A stretch of 64,000 bases of DNA from Takakia lepidozioides. Taxonomy: Eukaryota; Plantae; Bryophyta. A program made the position numbers and the translations under genes. Location of the stretch: positions 32,798,001-32,862,000 of the forward strand of contig CM060732.1 of NCBI GenBank assembly GCA_030704615.1. Reading direction: 5' to 3'. The stretch's first letter is position 1, and every line of letters begins with the position of its first letter. Below, in pieces: positions 53,690 to 64,000 of the stretch. Below the pieces are notes generated by a model. The model was not told the origin of the DNA and ran no database searches. It worked only from the letters and a program-made list of their open reading frames with translations.

Positions 53690-55034
53690 TCCTACAACGA
53701 GCCAAGAGGTTCAAAGGGGGAGGGGACACACTGCTCCGAGTGTGGGAGGATGGTCGAGTGAGGATTGTGCCTCACCCAACACGTGGCATGCCCATGAGGA
53801 GTTGGGGCATTTTGGGGTGCGACGCACTCATAGTCTACTGCAGGGGCAGTATTGGTGGCGTGGTATGCACACAGAGGTGCAACAATTTGTGGCTAGGTGC
53901 ATGGTGTGTGACAGGGTGCGTGCTTCATTCAACGCCCCTACTCCACAATTGCACCCTCTTCCGATCATGGGATTGGGCTACAGGTGGAGTCTTGACTTTG
54001 CAGGGCCGTTGCCACTGACCATGTACCACAACAAGTACGTGTTGGTGATGGTGGAGCACTTCTCCAAGTGGATTGAATTGGTTCCATTGCCTGATAAGGC
54101 TAGTGAGGGAGCTGCGTATGCATTCTTGGATTGTGTGCTTAGCTGATTCGGTGCTCCAGCTGAGGTACTCACGGACCAAGGGAGAGAGTTCTTGGGGGAG
54201 TTTCAGGCTTTGTGTGACAAGGCCTTGATAGACCACCGCACCACTTCTCGGGATCATCCTGAGGCCGATGGCTTGGCAGAGAGAGTTGTTCAGACAGTAA
54301 AGAGGGGTTTGCGCAAGTATGGTTTGCAGAAGGGACACCTAGGAGATTGGGACCTTCAGTTACCCTGGTTAGCCATGGGCTACAGGTTCAGCAAGCAAGC
54401 ATCACTTGCCTCCTTCTCACCATACTTTCTTCTCTTTGGCCGAGAGCCGGATTTGCCTACATCCATTCGCAGAGAAGTTGCTACCGTTCTTAACCTTGAC
54501 GATCCAGACGTGTGGGCACATGCATGTGAGCAGCGTGCAGAGTTGTTCAAGAAAGTCATGCCCATGGCTTTCGAGAACCTTGCCATTGCACAAAATCGTG
54601 ATACGTTGAGGTATGCTACCATACGTGGTGGGGGCTATCATCCTGGGGTTCGGAGATTCAACCCTGGTGACTATGTTTATCTGCAGCAGACTGCTCCTAC
54701 GACCTTGGATGTGACTGCAGGACGTACTATTTTGAGGGTTCGAGAGGTTTTGCCCTCGGGAGTCATGATCTTGGAGGGTCGGGATGGCATGATTTGGAAG
54801 GACCATGTGCGTAATTGCGCGCCATGTCACCTTCCAAATATTGATGGAAGGGTTGACCCAAACCTGGCAGTGGTACCTGCAAGTTTGAGGTGCATGTTGT
54901 GTGGGTCTGCTAGAGGGGCAGCCACCATGCTGGTGTGTGATCAATGCTCTAGAGGTTGGCATATGAGATGCTTGACTCCACCTCTTGAGATGGTTCTTGA
55001 TGGGGATTGGTTATGTCCGCATTGCATTGGATAG
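53690..55034 (+). CDS. DDE integrase with C-terminal PHD finger
   Basis: HHCC (HEELGHFG...CMVC), SLDFAGP, LTDQG.EF, DGLAER. PHD CMLC...MLVCDQCSRGWHMRCLTPPL...GDWLCPHC (54890-55027). In-frame TGA at ~54144. Confidence 0.93.
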
Positions 55035-55291
55035 TGAGAGTGGATACAACCATGGAAGGCTAACAAGAAATGCAAGGCCAAGCTACTAGGAGACCAACAC
55101 ACGAGATCCTGACTCAAGTTCACAGATTGCAAGACGGCAAGTAATGATGGGGTTGCTCTTGTACCCGGCCTCTTGGTCTATAGAGTTTGAGTACAATAGG
55201 GACAGTGATAGAGGACTTAGTACGGCTGTGGCTATTACATCTTGTAGCTATCTGGAGTTAGAGGGACCTAACCACCAGCTAGGGGGGCGAT

Positions 55292-55376
55292 TGTGGTATA
55301 GCTTTCTAGGATTGTGTGCTTAGATTGTGTGGTGGACAGCGATGTATGTTGTGGCATGATGCTTAAGTGCACGACA
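55292..55376 (+). repeat. Terminal repeat B1
   Basis: TGTGGTATAG...GCACGACA, 85 bp, directly after the PPT; 2 mismatches to B2. Confidence 0.95.
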
Positions 55377-55378
55377 GT

Positions 55379-55794
55379 TGTTATGGTTTTAGTCATGGTT
55401 ATCTAGAATTACCTACTTCTTAACTATGACATTTTAGATATTTATATTTATATTTTGTGTGTTGGGACTTCATTTGGTCTCACATGCCAAGTGAGGTGTC
55501 GAGCCTCACTTGAGACATGGAGATAGGTTTTCCCCTTGTGAGTGTTGAGGAGGCTCATCTTCTTGTAGTTGAGCCTCCATGAGCTTCTCTCACCTCCATA
55601 GCTCTAGGTATTGAGAGGGAGTGTGTTGAGGGCTTTGTAGGGTGGATTCATTTAGCAAAGGTGCTCTTGGCTTGACTTAGTTTGTGATAGAGTGGATTTC
55701 ACTTGGAAGGACTAGGGCTTGTTCTTCATGTGATTGCTTCATGCTTTGAGAGCTTTCATTGTCTTCTACTTCTCTCATTTCTCATCTCTTATCA
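55379..55794 (+). repeat. Terminal repeat A2
   Basis: TGTTATGG...CTCTTATCA, copy of A1. Confidence 0.95.
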
Positions 55795-55795
55795 T

Positions 55796-55880
55796 TGTGG
55801 TATAGCTTTCTAGGATTGTGTGCTTAGATTGTGTGGTGGACAGCGATGTATGTTGTGGCACGATGCTTAGGTGCACGACA
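55796..55880 (+). repeat. Terminal repeat B2
   Basis: Copy of B1, followed by the TSD GTTG. Confidence 0.95.
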
Positions 55881-58800
55881 GTTGCCTTGCCAGCATCGCC
55901 TCTTCCTGAGCCTGCTGCTTGCGTTCCAGCCCTTGTTGTTTCATTGGGTTCTCCTGGTGGTAGTGATTATGATAATCTGGGGGAGGTAGAGGCGTGGTCG
56001 CCAAGGTTTGAGAGGTCTGACAGCTCTCTAGATAGTTGTGACCCGGACTACTACAACTTTGACAATTTTGTGGATCCAGGCCCTGAATATTTTGAAAGTA
56101 GGCAGCAAGCAGCAAAATTAGAAAGAGACATTGAATTGTTGCAGGAAATAGATGATCTGTTGTGTGAAGTATGTGACGAAGATCAGCTTTGGTTTGAGCG
56201 TGTAGAGAGAGTTGTTGTAGGTGATCTTGCTGCACTAACCAGTCATCACGAGGCCCTGTTCACACGACCTTTGCTTGAGCCTGGTGCGGTGATCTCCAGG
56301 GCCAGACAGCTTGCTAAGCGAGAATTTGAGCTACGCACTGAAGAGCGTCTACCGTCCAAGGCGACCAAGTCGCGTTTTCTAAACCATCGTGAATTAACCT
56401 GGTTGGAAGTTGGCTTGTATCTGCCTCTTTCTGGTGTTCGAAGTGCAGAGCTTCATCATGGCCTTGGCGTGGTAGGGAGAAGTTGGTTGTCGTTGATGTT
56501 ACAAGGCATAGGGGCTTTGATCTTTACGGTTTCAGCTCCGGCCTTGCGCCTTGGCACCTACCTATTCACAGTTAATTGATGGTCTGACGGATGGGGCCTT
56601 GATAGTACAGTCGTCTGATCTAGTGGTCTTGGGTGTGGGCACTGCCTTTGCTTCACAGTAGGCTCACCCGAGCGCGTTTGAGAGACTGAGTGATTGTTCA
56701 AACTCGACTGTGCTTTCGCGCACCTGGAGAGAGGGTGACACCACCCGCGTTGGCTTTTGGCTTAAAGGAGCTGATGGTTGGGAGTGGCTGGCATTGGGGA
56801 TCTACGAGTTAGAATCACACAAGGTGCTGAGGGTGGTGTATTGCTCCACTTGGGTTCCAGAAGACAGCTCGCCAAGTACTTGGCCCACGCTCCACATCCC
56901 TGCGGCTTGAAGGTTATGCCTCCAATCCAACCTTGTTTCTTGCATGCTAGGTGATTCTAGTACCACTTGGTTGAGATCTGGAAGACAGAGGTCCATGCAT
57001 AATTCAGGAAAACCGCTGGTCGAAAGTATAGTAGAGGTGAATGAGGAATCGGACAACCTGCAGGCAGGTAATTTCATGGTGAGTGATGATGAATTTTGAA
57101 TGTTGGGACAATGGGGGCAGTTGTGGAGTCCCCAACTGATATTCCATTAGTTGATGAGGTGTCTGGGATAGCCACCCTCGAGGGCCTTTCTGTCTATGAT
57201 CGGCGTGATGAGGACTTGGAGACTAGACGGACTGAGCCCATGCTGGCTCGGGAATTACACATTCTGCCCTCCCATCCTCCTCATGGGGATCGAAGGGTCT
57301 GGTTCGGATGTATGGGCTACTACGAGCAGTATGCTGGCCCAGGTTGCTAACTTGAGTCTTAGGATGCTGCCTGTTGTGAATTTCCCTAGTCCCACTCTCG
57401 GGGGAGGGAACTTGTTGCCCGTGAATTCGGGTATGAATGTGAGCAGTCTTCCTGTGTTGAACGTGCATGGTGTTGTTCAAGGTGGGGGTGTCATGATGCA
57501 AGGGCCCTCTAGTATGTCTGCTACTCTGCCTCCTGCCATAGCTGGTCAATCTGTGGGGGCTCTCCCTGCTACACGGGCTGGGGTGCCACCACATCTTGTC
57601 TCTAGCCAGTCCATAGATATGCATGCTAGCAATATCCCTCTTAGCAGTATCCGATCTGTGTCAACACAGCCGGTGGGAGTGGCATCCACTCTTCCCATGA
57701 GCGGCATGCCACAAACCCACTTGCAGTCTACTAACCCTGCTGCTCAGCCAAGTGTGGCAATACCTGCTCTTCCCATGGGCACGGTGGCGCCACGTCTGTC
57801 AGCCTCAACTGCTATAAGATCAGTTAGTAATAATAATGTGTGTGGTAATTCTGCATCTAATGTTGGATATGTGCATGGTAATGCTGCTCCCATAATTCCT
57901 TGTTGCCCTGCTCATGGATCTGTCCTCCCTGGTCATATCAACCATAGCCTACCTTGTCATCTAATCCACCAGCTGACCACTCAACCTTACCCAAAATATA
58001 CAATGGGAGAAGACTTTGATAGATATCTTCAGATGTTTGAGGTCATTGCTAGTGTGAATGGGGTTCCTGAGAATTTCAAGATGGCAATCTTTAGGATGAG
58101 TATGAAGGGACCAGCTCGGGACTTACTGCATGCAGCCGTGATGGATGATCCCAGCCTCAACTGGGCAACTCTGGTGGAATGGGCAAAGACCTTGTTCAAA
58201 CCTCCTAAGAGGCCTCTGGATTGCTTTACCAAGCTTTCGGCCAGGACTTACCAACCTGGGGAATCCTTGTGGAAATATTACATGGATCTTAAGTTTGCTG
58301 CTGTTGAAAACATCATAGACTCGGTAGAGAGGGATCGTATGGTTAAAAGGTATTTTCTCCTTGGGTTGCCTTCCACTATTCAGAATTGGGCTCAGCAGCG
58401 TCATTTTGTTGATGACGAGACTATGTTAGCAGAAATTAATGTTAAAATGGCAGACTTGGCTGACGTCAAATCAATGCACCATCGTGCCAAGTTTCAAGCT
58501 CCGGTGGGCTCAGAGCTTGGCATGTCTGCAACATCCTCACCCTATGCTCCTCCTAAGACATGTAAGGCTGATGATTTTACTCTTCAGGGGTTGGCTAATA
58601 CTGTGGGAAGTCTTAGTGAGTCTGTGGCCACTCAGTTTGCTGCCATGCAGACTCATCAACAAAGATGGCAGCCTCGCCACAACCAAGGAACAACAGGAGA
58701 TAACAATAGGGGTCGAACCCAGACTGGGCAAGCCTATGAGTGCAATCGTGCTGCCTATTACATTTGTGGGTCTTTTGAACACTAGACGAAGCATTGTCCA

Positions 58801-59569
58801 GACATAGCAGGGCTACCAGAGCTGATCAAGAACAAGAAAACAGCCAATGTCTCTTCCCCTCCTTTAAACTAGCACGATCTCTTGGGAAGGGGGCAAGAGG
58901 TCCATCATCTACCAACCCTGTTTCTTCTGTTCCGATTCAAACTGTTCTATCTACTAACATCAAAGGTTTGCATTGTCCTCTCAGTAGGCAGACTGTTGGC
59001 CAGCAGATCAGTCCCCTCATGGCGCAGTGCCATATCCATGAGCTCAGCTTTCCCTGTGTGGTTGATACTGGATGCACTATATCTGCCATACCTTTGAGTG
59101 TTGTGAGAGTTCTTGGTCTCAAACTATGCCCTGCCACAGGTATTGAGGTGTTTGTTGCAGATGGATCCAGGTATGAGCCCTTAGGACTAGTCACTATTCC
59201 CATCAGAATTCATAAAAAGGAGGTTGTGGTTACTTGTATAGTCACCATTGGAGATCAATTCCTTCTAGGCCTTCACTGGATGACCAGAGTTGGTGCCACC
59301 ATTAGCTAGCTGACTACTCCCTTCACTTTAACAATGGAGAAGGGCATGAAGTAGTGGTTCCCTTGAAAGCAATGAAGATCAAGGCTGGGTCTGCTACAGC
59401 CAATCTGTCCAGAGTCCAAGCCCTGGTAAAGGAGGTATAGCAGAACTCTCACTCCAATCTCAATTGGAATGATTTCTACAAGTTTCAGCCTGATCTTCAA
59501 CTCTTATATCAGTGGCATGTTCCTGGTGCTAAGGAAAGAACAAGGGTGCCCATAGCTATTCCAAAGAAT

Positions 59570-59880
59570 TCTACTCTAATTCGTGCACCTCTCAACATCA
59601 CCATCCCTGCCTTGACCCAAAGGGTGGTCAAGTCTAGTCTGGCTTTCTTGTGTCCCGCTGCTCATTTCCTAGAAATTGAGGGTTGGAGGAGATTGACTGC
59701 TCTTAAGCACTGCCTGGTGGCCACTGGTGTTCTTGATAGAGGATATAGACAGGAGGTTAAGATCCTGATTGCTAATCCTGAACGCTTCCCTGTGACTATT
59801 AAAAAGGGGCAGGTTTTGGCTCGCATCACTGCTCTTCCCATTGCAGACATACAAGAGGTGCATGCTGGTTTTGGTCTTGA
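59570..59880 (+). CDS. dUTPase-like domain between protease and RT of the host Gypsy
   Basis: ITIPALTQRVVKSSLA...P...LEIEGWRRLTALKHCLVATGVLDRGYRQEVKILIAN...TIKKGQVLARI...AGFG aligns by eye to trimeric dUTPase motifs 3 (GVID.DYRGE), 4 (GDRIAQ) and 5 (GFG). Confidence 0.7.
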
Positions 59881-61230
59881 GGCCATTGGCATCCAACATG
59901 GCCCCTTAGATGTAGTTGTTGCCTTTGCTGCAGTTGCACCACCACCTGTTCCTAATCTCAGCCTGGGAGGTAAGAAGGCCCTCACCAAAGTTTTATCTGA
60001 AATCAAGTTAGGCACAACTCTCTCCTCTAGACAAAGGAGGAAGGTGGAAGTGCTTATTGCAAAGAATCTAGATATTTTCAGTTTGGGATCCACTGACCTA
60101 GGGCGCACTCCTATTCTTCAATATGACATTGTCACTGAAGGGGCTCCTATTAAACAATTTGCTTACCGAGAGAGTGTCAAGGAACGTGCCATAATCCAGG
60201 AAGAAGTCCAGAAGATGCTTGATGCTGGTGTGATTAAACCTTCAGTCTCTCCTTGGGCTAGTCCAATTGTCCTAGTTGGAAAGAAAGATGGCACAACCCG
60301 CTTCTGTGTTGACTTCTGAAAGTTGAATGACATCACAAAAAAGGATGCCTACTCTCTACCCAGGATTAATGAGACCTTGGATCAACTACATGGTGCTACA
60401 ATTTTCTCCTCTCTTGATCTTGCATCTGGCTTTTGGCAAGTTCATCTTACTGAAGCAGCCAAGGAAAATACCTCTTTTGTGTGTCGTATGGGTAAGTGCC
60501 AATATGAGACCATGTCTTTTGGTTTGTGCAATGCCACCTCTACTTTCCAACGCCTCATGGACATTGTCTTGGGCAATCTTCGCTGGGAGTGTGCTTTAAT
60601 TTATGTTGATGATATCAATGTTTACTCAGCCAGCTTTGATGCTCACTTAGCTGATCTGCAGCGTGTCTTCAGCAAATTGCGCACTGCAGGCCTTAAAGTG
60701 AAGCCCAAGAAATGTGAACTATTCATGCCTGAGCTCCACTTCCTTGGCCATGTTCTGTCCAAAGATGGTTTGCTTCCTGATCCTGCCAAGCTTGAGTCTG
60801 TTTGGGGCTTTCCTATCCCCAGGGATAAACATTGTATTAAATCCTTCCTTGGTCTGGCCTCTTATTACCGGCGCTTCATAAAGAACTTTGCTAAGCTTGC
60901 TCACCCTCTGACCAAGATGTTGTGCAAAGATGCCAGGTTTGAATGGACCTTCTCCCAACAGGCTGCTTTTGACACCCTTCGCAAGGCCTTGTGTTCAGCT
61001 CCCATCATGATGTTTTCCAACTTTGAGTTACATTTCTTGCTTCAGACTGATGCATCTAATGTTGCCATCTTTGCGATCTTATGTCAAGTTGTAGAAGGCA
61101 AGGAGCATGTCATAGCTTATGCATCCCGTCGTCTAGATCGTCATGAAAGGAATTATTTCATATCTGATAAGGAGGGTCTAGCCCTGGTCTTTGGTGTGAA
61201 GCATTTTCGGCAATATTTGCATGGTAACCG

Positions 61231-64000
61231 TGTCGTGCGCATACATATCGCTACACAACTACATCGCTGTCCAAAATCACACAACACATGTGCACACCAC
61301 ACACTAGTATACCACTACTCCACCACTAGTCCAGACACTAGTCCAACCACTAGGCTACAACTAGTCAGTCACTAGGCTGCCACTATGCTGCCCACTATGG
61401 CAGTCACTAGTCCACACAATGATAAAGAAGAAGAATACAAGCACGAGCTCACAAATTTGAAGCATAAACTCATGCATATATAACCTCATCACTCAAATAC
61501 AAGTCAAGCCAAGTGCACCCCACGCCATGGGGAATCCACACTACGGCGCCATAGCTAGGCGCGGTGAGGCTCAACTCGAGAAAGATGAGCCTCCCGCGCT
61601 TGCCGTGAAGATAACCACTCCAGGGCCTAAATCTGCTTTGACCCCTGGATTGACACTTGGGCCAATCCCAAATGTCAATATGTAAAAGCTAGCTATTTCC
61701 TAGCTAGTTTCACACTAGTGGTAAAATAACTCGACAGCTGTCGTGCGCATACATATCGCTACACAACTACATCGATGTCCAAAACCACACAACACATGTG
61801 CACACCACACACTAGTATACCACTAGTCCACCACTAGTCCAGCCACTAGTCCAACCACTAGGCTACAACTAGTCAGTCACTAGGCTGCCACTATGCTGCC
61901 CACTATGGCAGTCACTAGTCCACACAATCGCCCCCCTAGCTGGTGCTTAGGTCCCTCTAAGTCCAGGTAGCCACAAGATGTGATAGTGACCATAGCCTCA
62001 CTAAGTCCTCCACCACTATCCCTACTACACTCAAACTCGATAGATCAAGAGGCCGGGTGCAAGAGTTGCCCCATCGTTAGTCGCCGTCTTGCAACCTGTG
62101 AACTTGAGCTTGGGATCTCATGTATTGACTCCTATGAGCTTGGCCTCCCATGTCTTGTTAGCTGCCTCCAGTCATGTCCACTGCCACTATCCCAAGCAGT
62201 GTGGACACAACCAATCTCCGTCAGGAACCTTCTCAAGAGGTGGTGTCAAGCATCCCATATGCCAACCCCTTGAGCATCGATCACACACCAGCATGGTGGC
62301 TGCCTTTGGCAGACCCACAGAGCATGCACCTCAAACCTGCAGGTACCACTGCCAAGTTTAGGGTCAACTCTGCCATCGACATTGGGAAGGTGACATGGCG
62401 CACAATTACGCACATGGTCCTTCCAAGTCATGCCATCCCGACCCTCCAAGATCAGGACCCCTGAGGGCAACACCTCTCGAACCCTCAGAATAACACGCCC
62501 TGCAGTAACATCCAGAGTCATAAGAGCAGTCTGCTGCAAATAAACATAGTCACCAGGGCTAAACCTCCGAACCCCAGGACGATATCCTCTACCACGTATA
62601 GTGGCATACCTCAACGTATCACGGTGCTGTGCAATGGCAAGGTTCTCAAAAGCCATGGGCATGACTTTCTTGAACAACTCTGCACGCTGATCACATGCAC
62701 GTACCCACACGTCCGGATCGTCAAGGTTAAGGACTTGAGCAGTGTCCCTACGAATGGCTGCAGGCAAATCCGGCTCTCGGCCAAAGAGAAGGAAATATGG
62801 TGAGAAGGAGGCAAGTGATGCTTGTTTGCTGAACCTGTAGCCCATGACTAACCAAGGAACCTGAAGATCCCAATCTCCTAGGTGTCCCTTTTGCAAGCCA
62901 TACTTGCGCAAATCCCTCTTCACCGTCTGAACAACTCTCTCTGCTAAGCCATCAGCCTCAGGATGATCCCGAGAAGTGGTGCGGTGGTCTATCAAGGCTT
63001 TATCACACAAAGCCTGAAACTCCCCCAAGAACTCTCTCCCTTGGTCCGTGAGTACCTCAGCTGGAGCACCAAATCGGCTAAGCACACGATCCAAGAATGC
63101 ATACGCAGCCCCCTCACTAGCCTTGTCAGGCAATGGAACCAACTCAATCCACTTGGAGAAGTGCTCCACCATCACCAACACATATCTATGGTGGCGCATA
63201 GTCAGTGGCAACGGTCCTGCAAAGTCAAGACTCCACCTGTAGCCCAATCCCATGATTGGTAAAACATGCAACTGTGGTGTAGGGGTGTTGAATGAAGCAC
63301 ACACCCTGTCACACACCATGCACCTAGCCACGAACTGTTGCACCTCTGTATGCATACCACGCCACCAATACTGCCCTTGCAATAAACTGTGAGTGCGTCG
63401 CACTCCAAAATGCCCCAACTCCTCATGGGCATGCCGCACTAACCGTGCACGCTGTGTGGGGTGAGGCACAATCCTCACCCGACCATCCTCCCACACTCGA
63501 AGTAGGTGTATCCCCTCCCACTTGAACCTCTTGGCTCGTTGCAAGATCCGATCCCTCTCCCTGGCAGTCACAGTGGCTGTCGTGTCTCCCGTGCGGAGGT
63601 AGTCCAACACAGCCGAATCCTCATGTATATCTCTGGCACCACCTGGCTCATCACTAGCCTCAGGGTCCTCAGACATTCCATCTACAGTCATCCCTGTTGT
63701 AGGTCCAACCTGACCTCCCGATGCCAAGATACACAAAAATGCAGATGCGTGCCATCCCGACACCATCTCCTCGTCCGTCTCACCATGCCACCGAGCTCCA
63801 GTGTCATCCTGCTGGCTCATGCATGGATTGCACTCAATCCATCCGCATCCCGATTGACCAAACCCGGTCGATGCACAACCTGAAAGTCATACTCCTGGAG
63901 TATGAGTGCCCACCGTGCAAGCTTCTCCGTAAGCTTGTCTGACAACCACTTGAGTGGTTGGTGATCCGTGACAAAGGTGAAAAGATTGCCGTATAGATAG
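61231..64000 (-). mobile_element. Second, diverged member of the DNMT-Gypsy family (3' part: RNase H end, integrase, PHD, PPT, B1-A2-B2); continues beyond the window
   Basis: ORF 63820-62246 is highly similar to 53400-54900. PHD ~62335-62200 (frameshifted). PPT at 61941-61927. B1 61926-61739 and B2 61418-61231 (188 bp each); A2 61736-61420. Confidence 0.93.

Larger units (their letters stand above)
44930..55880 (+). mobile_element. Complete Ty3/Gypsy element with DNA methyltransferase, PHD-integrase and split direct repeats
   Basis: Ends TG...CA. GTTG duplicated at 44926-44929 and 55881-55884. Order gag-PR-DNMT-RT-RH-INT-PHD. PPT AGCTAGGGGGGCGAT 55277-55291. Confidence 0.93.
44143..61230 (+). 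mobile_element. Host Ty3/Gypsy element (ORF1, gag, protease, dUTPase-like, RT, RNase H), interrupted by two nested insertions; left boundary tentative
   Basis: ORF1 = 44692-44929 + 55885-56579. gag 57196-58800 with broken knuckle YYICGSFEH*TKHC. Protease VVDTG ~59058. RT SPWASPIVLV / VDF*KLN / YVDD ~60602. RNase H TDAS...HFRQYLHGNR cut at 61230. Putative LTR start TG at 44143 with TATA-like ~44277. Confidence 0.8.

Noticed and set aside
44930-55794. Conventional LTR pair A1/A2 as the element boundaries
   Set aside because: The flanks do not form a TSD, the PPT abuts B1 rather than A2, and only the 55880 boundary restores the host ORF.
44930-55880. DIRS/PAT/Ngaro tyrosine-recombinase element
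   Set aside because: It has a protease and an HHCC+DDE integrase with a TSD; no tyrosine recombinase motifs were seen.

Overview
Gene-dense eukaryotic DNA from a non-seed land plant (probably a bryophyte; inference from intron-rich plastid-targeted genes, a PLS-type PPR remnant and repeat style). Positions 1-42.1 kb hold ordinary spliced genes: CYP97A carotenoid hydroxylase, COPI-associated/TVP15-like protein, DCN1-like protein, aspartyl aminopeptidase, chloroplast FBPase, an SPA15/AAF-like gene and RPL19. PPR and UBC32 pseudogenes, LINE scraps and small repeats lie between them. Positions 44.1-64 kb are a nest of three Ty3/Gypsy elements. The main discovery is a complete element at 44930-55880 (TG...CA, 4-bp TSD GTTG; its removal restores the host ORF). 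It carries a DNMT3-like C5-cytosine methyltransferase between protease and RT, and a PHD finger on its DDE integrase. It lacks conventional LTRs and instead has split direct repeats (A1-body-PPT-B1-A2-B2). It has no tRNA PBS but an 11-nt self-priming-type complement to a hairpin loop in repeat A. A diverged second copy (61231-64000+, minus strand) shows the same PPT-B-A-B end, so this is a family trait. Both copies sit inside a third Gypsy element that carries a dUTPase-like domain in the same protease-RT slot.
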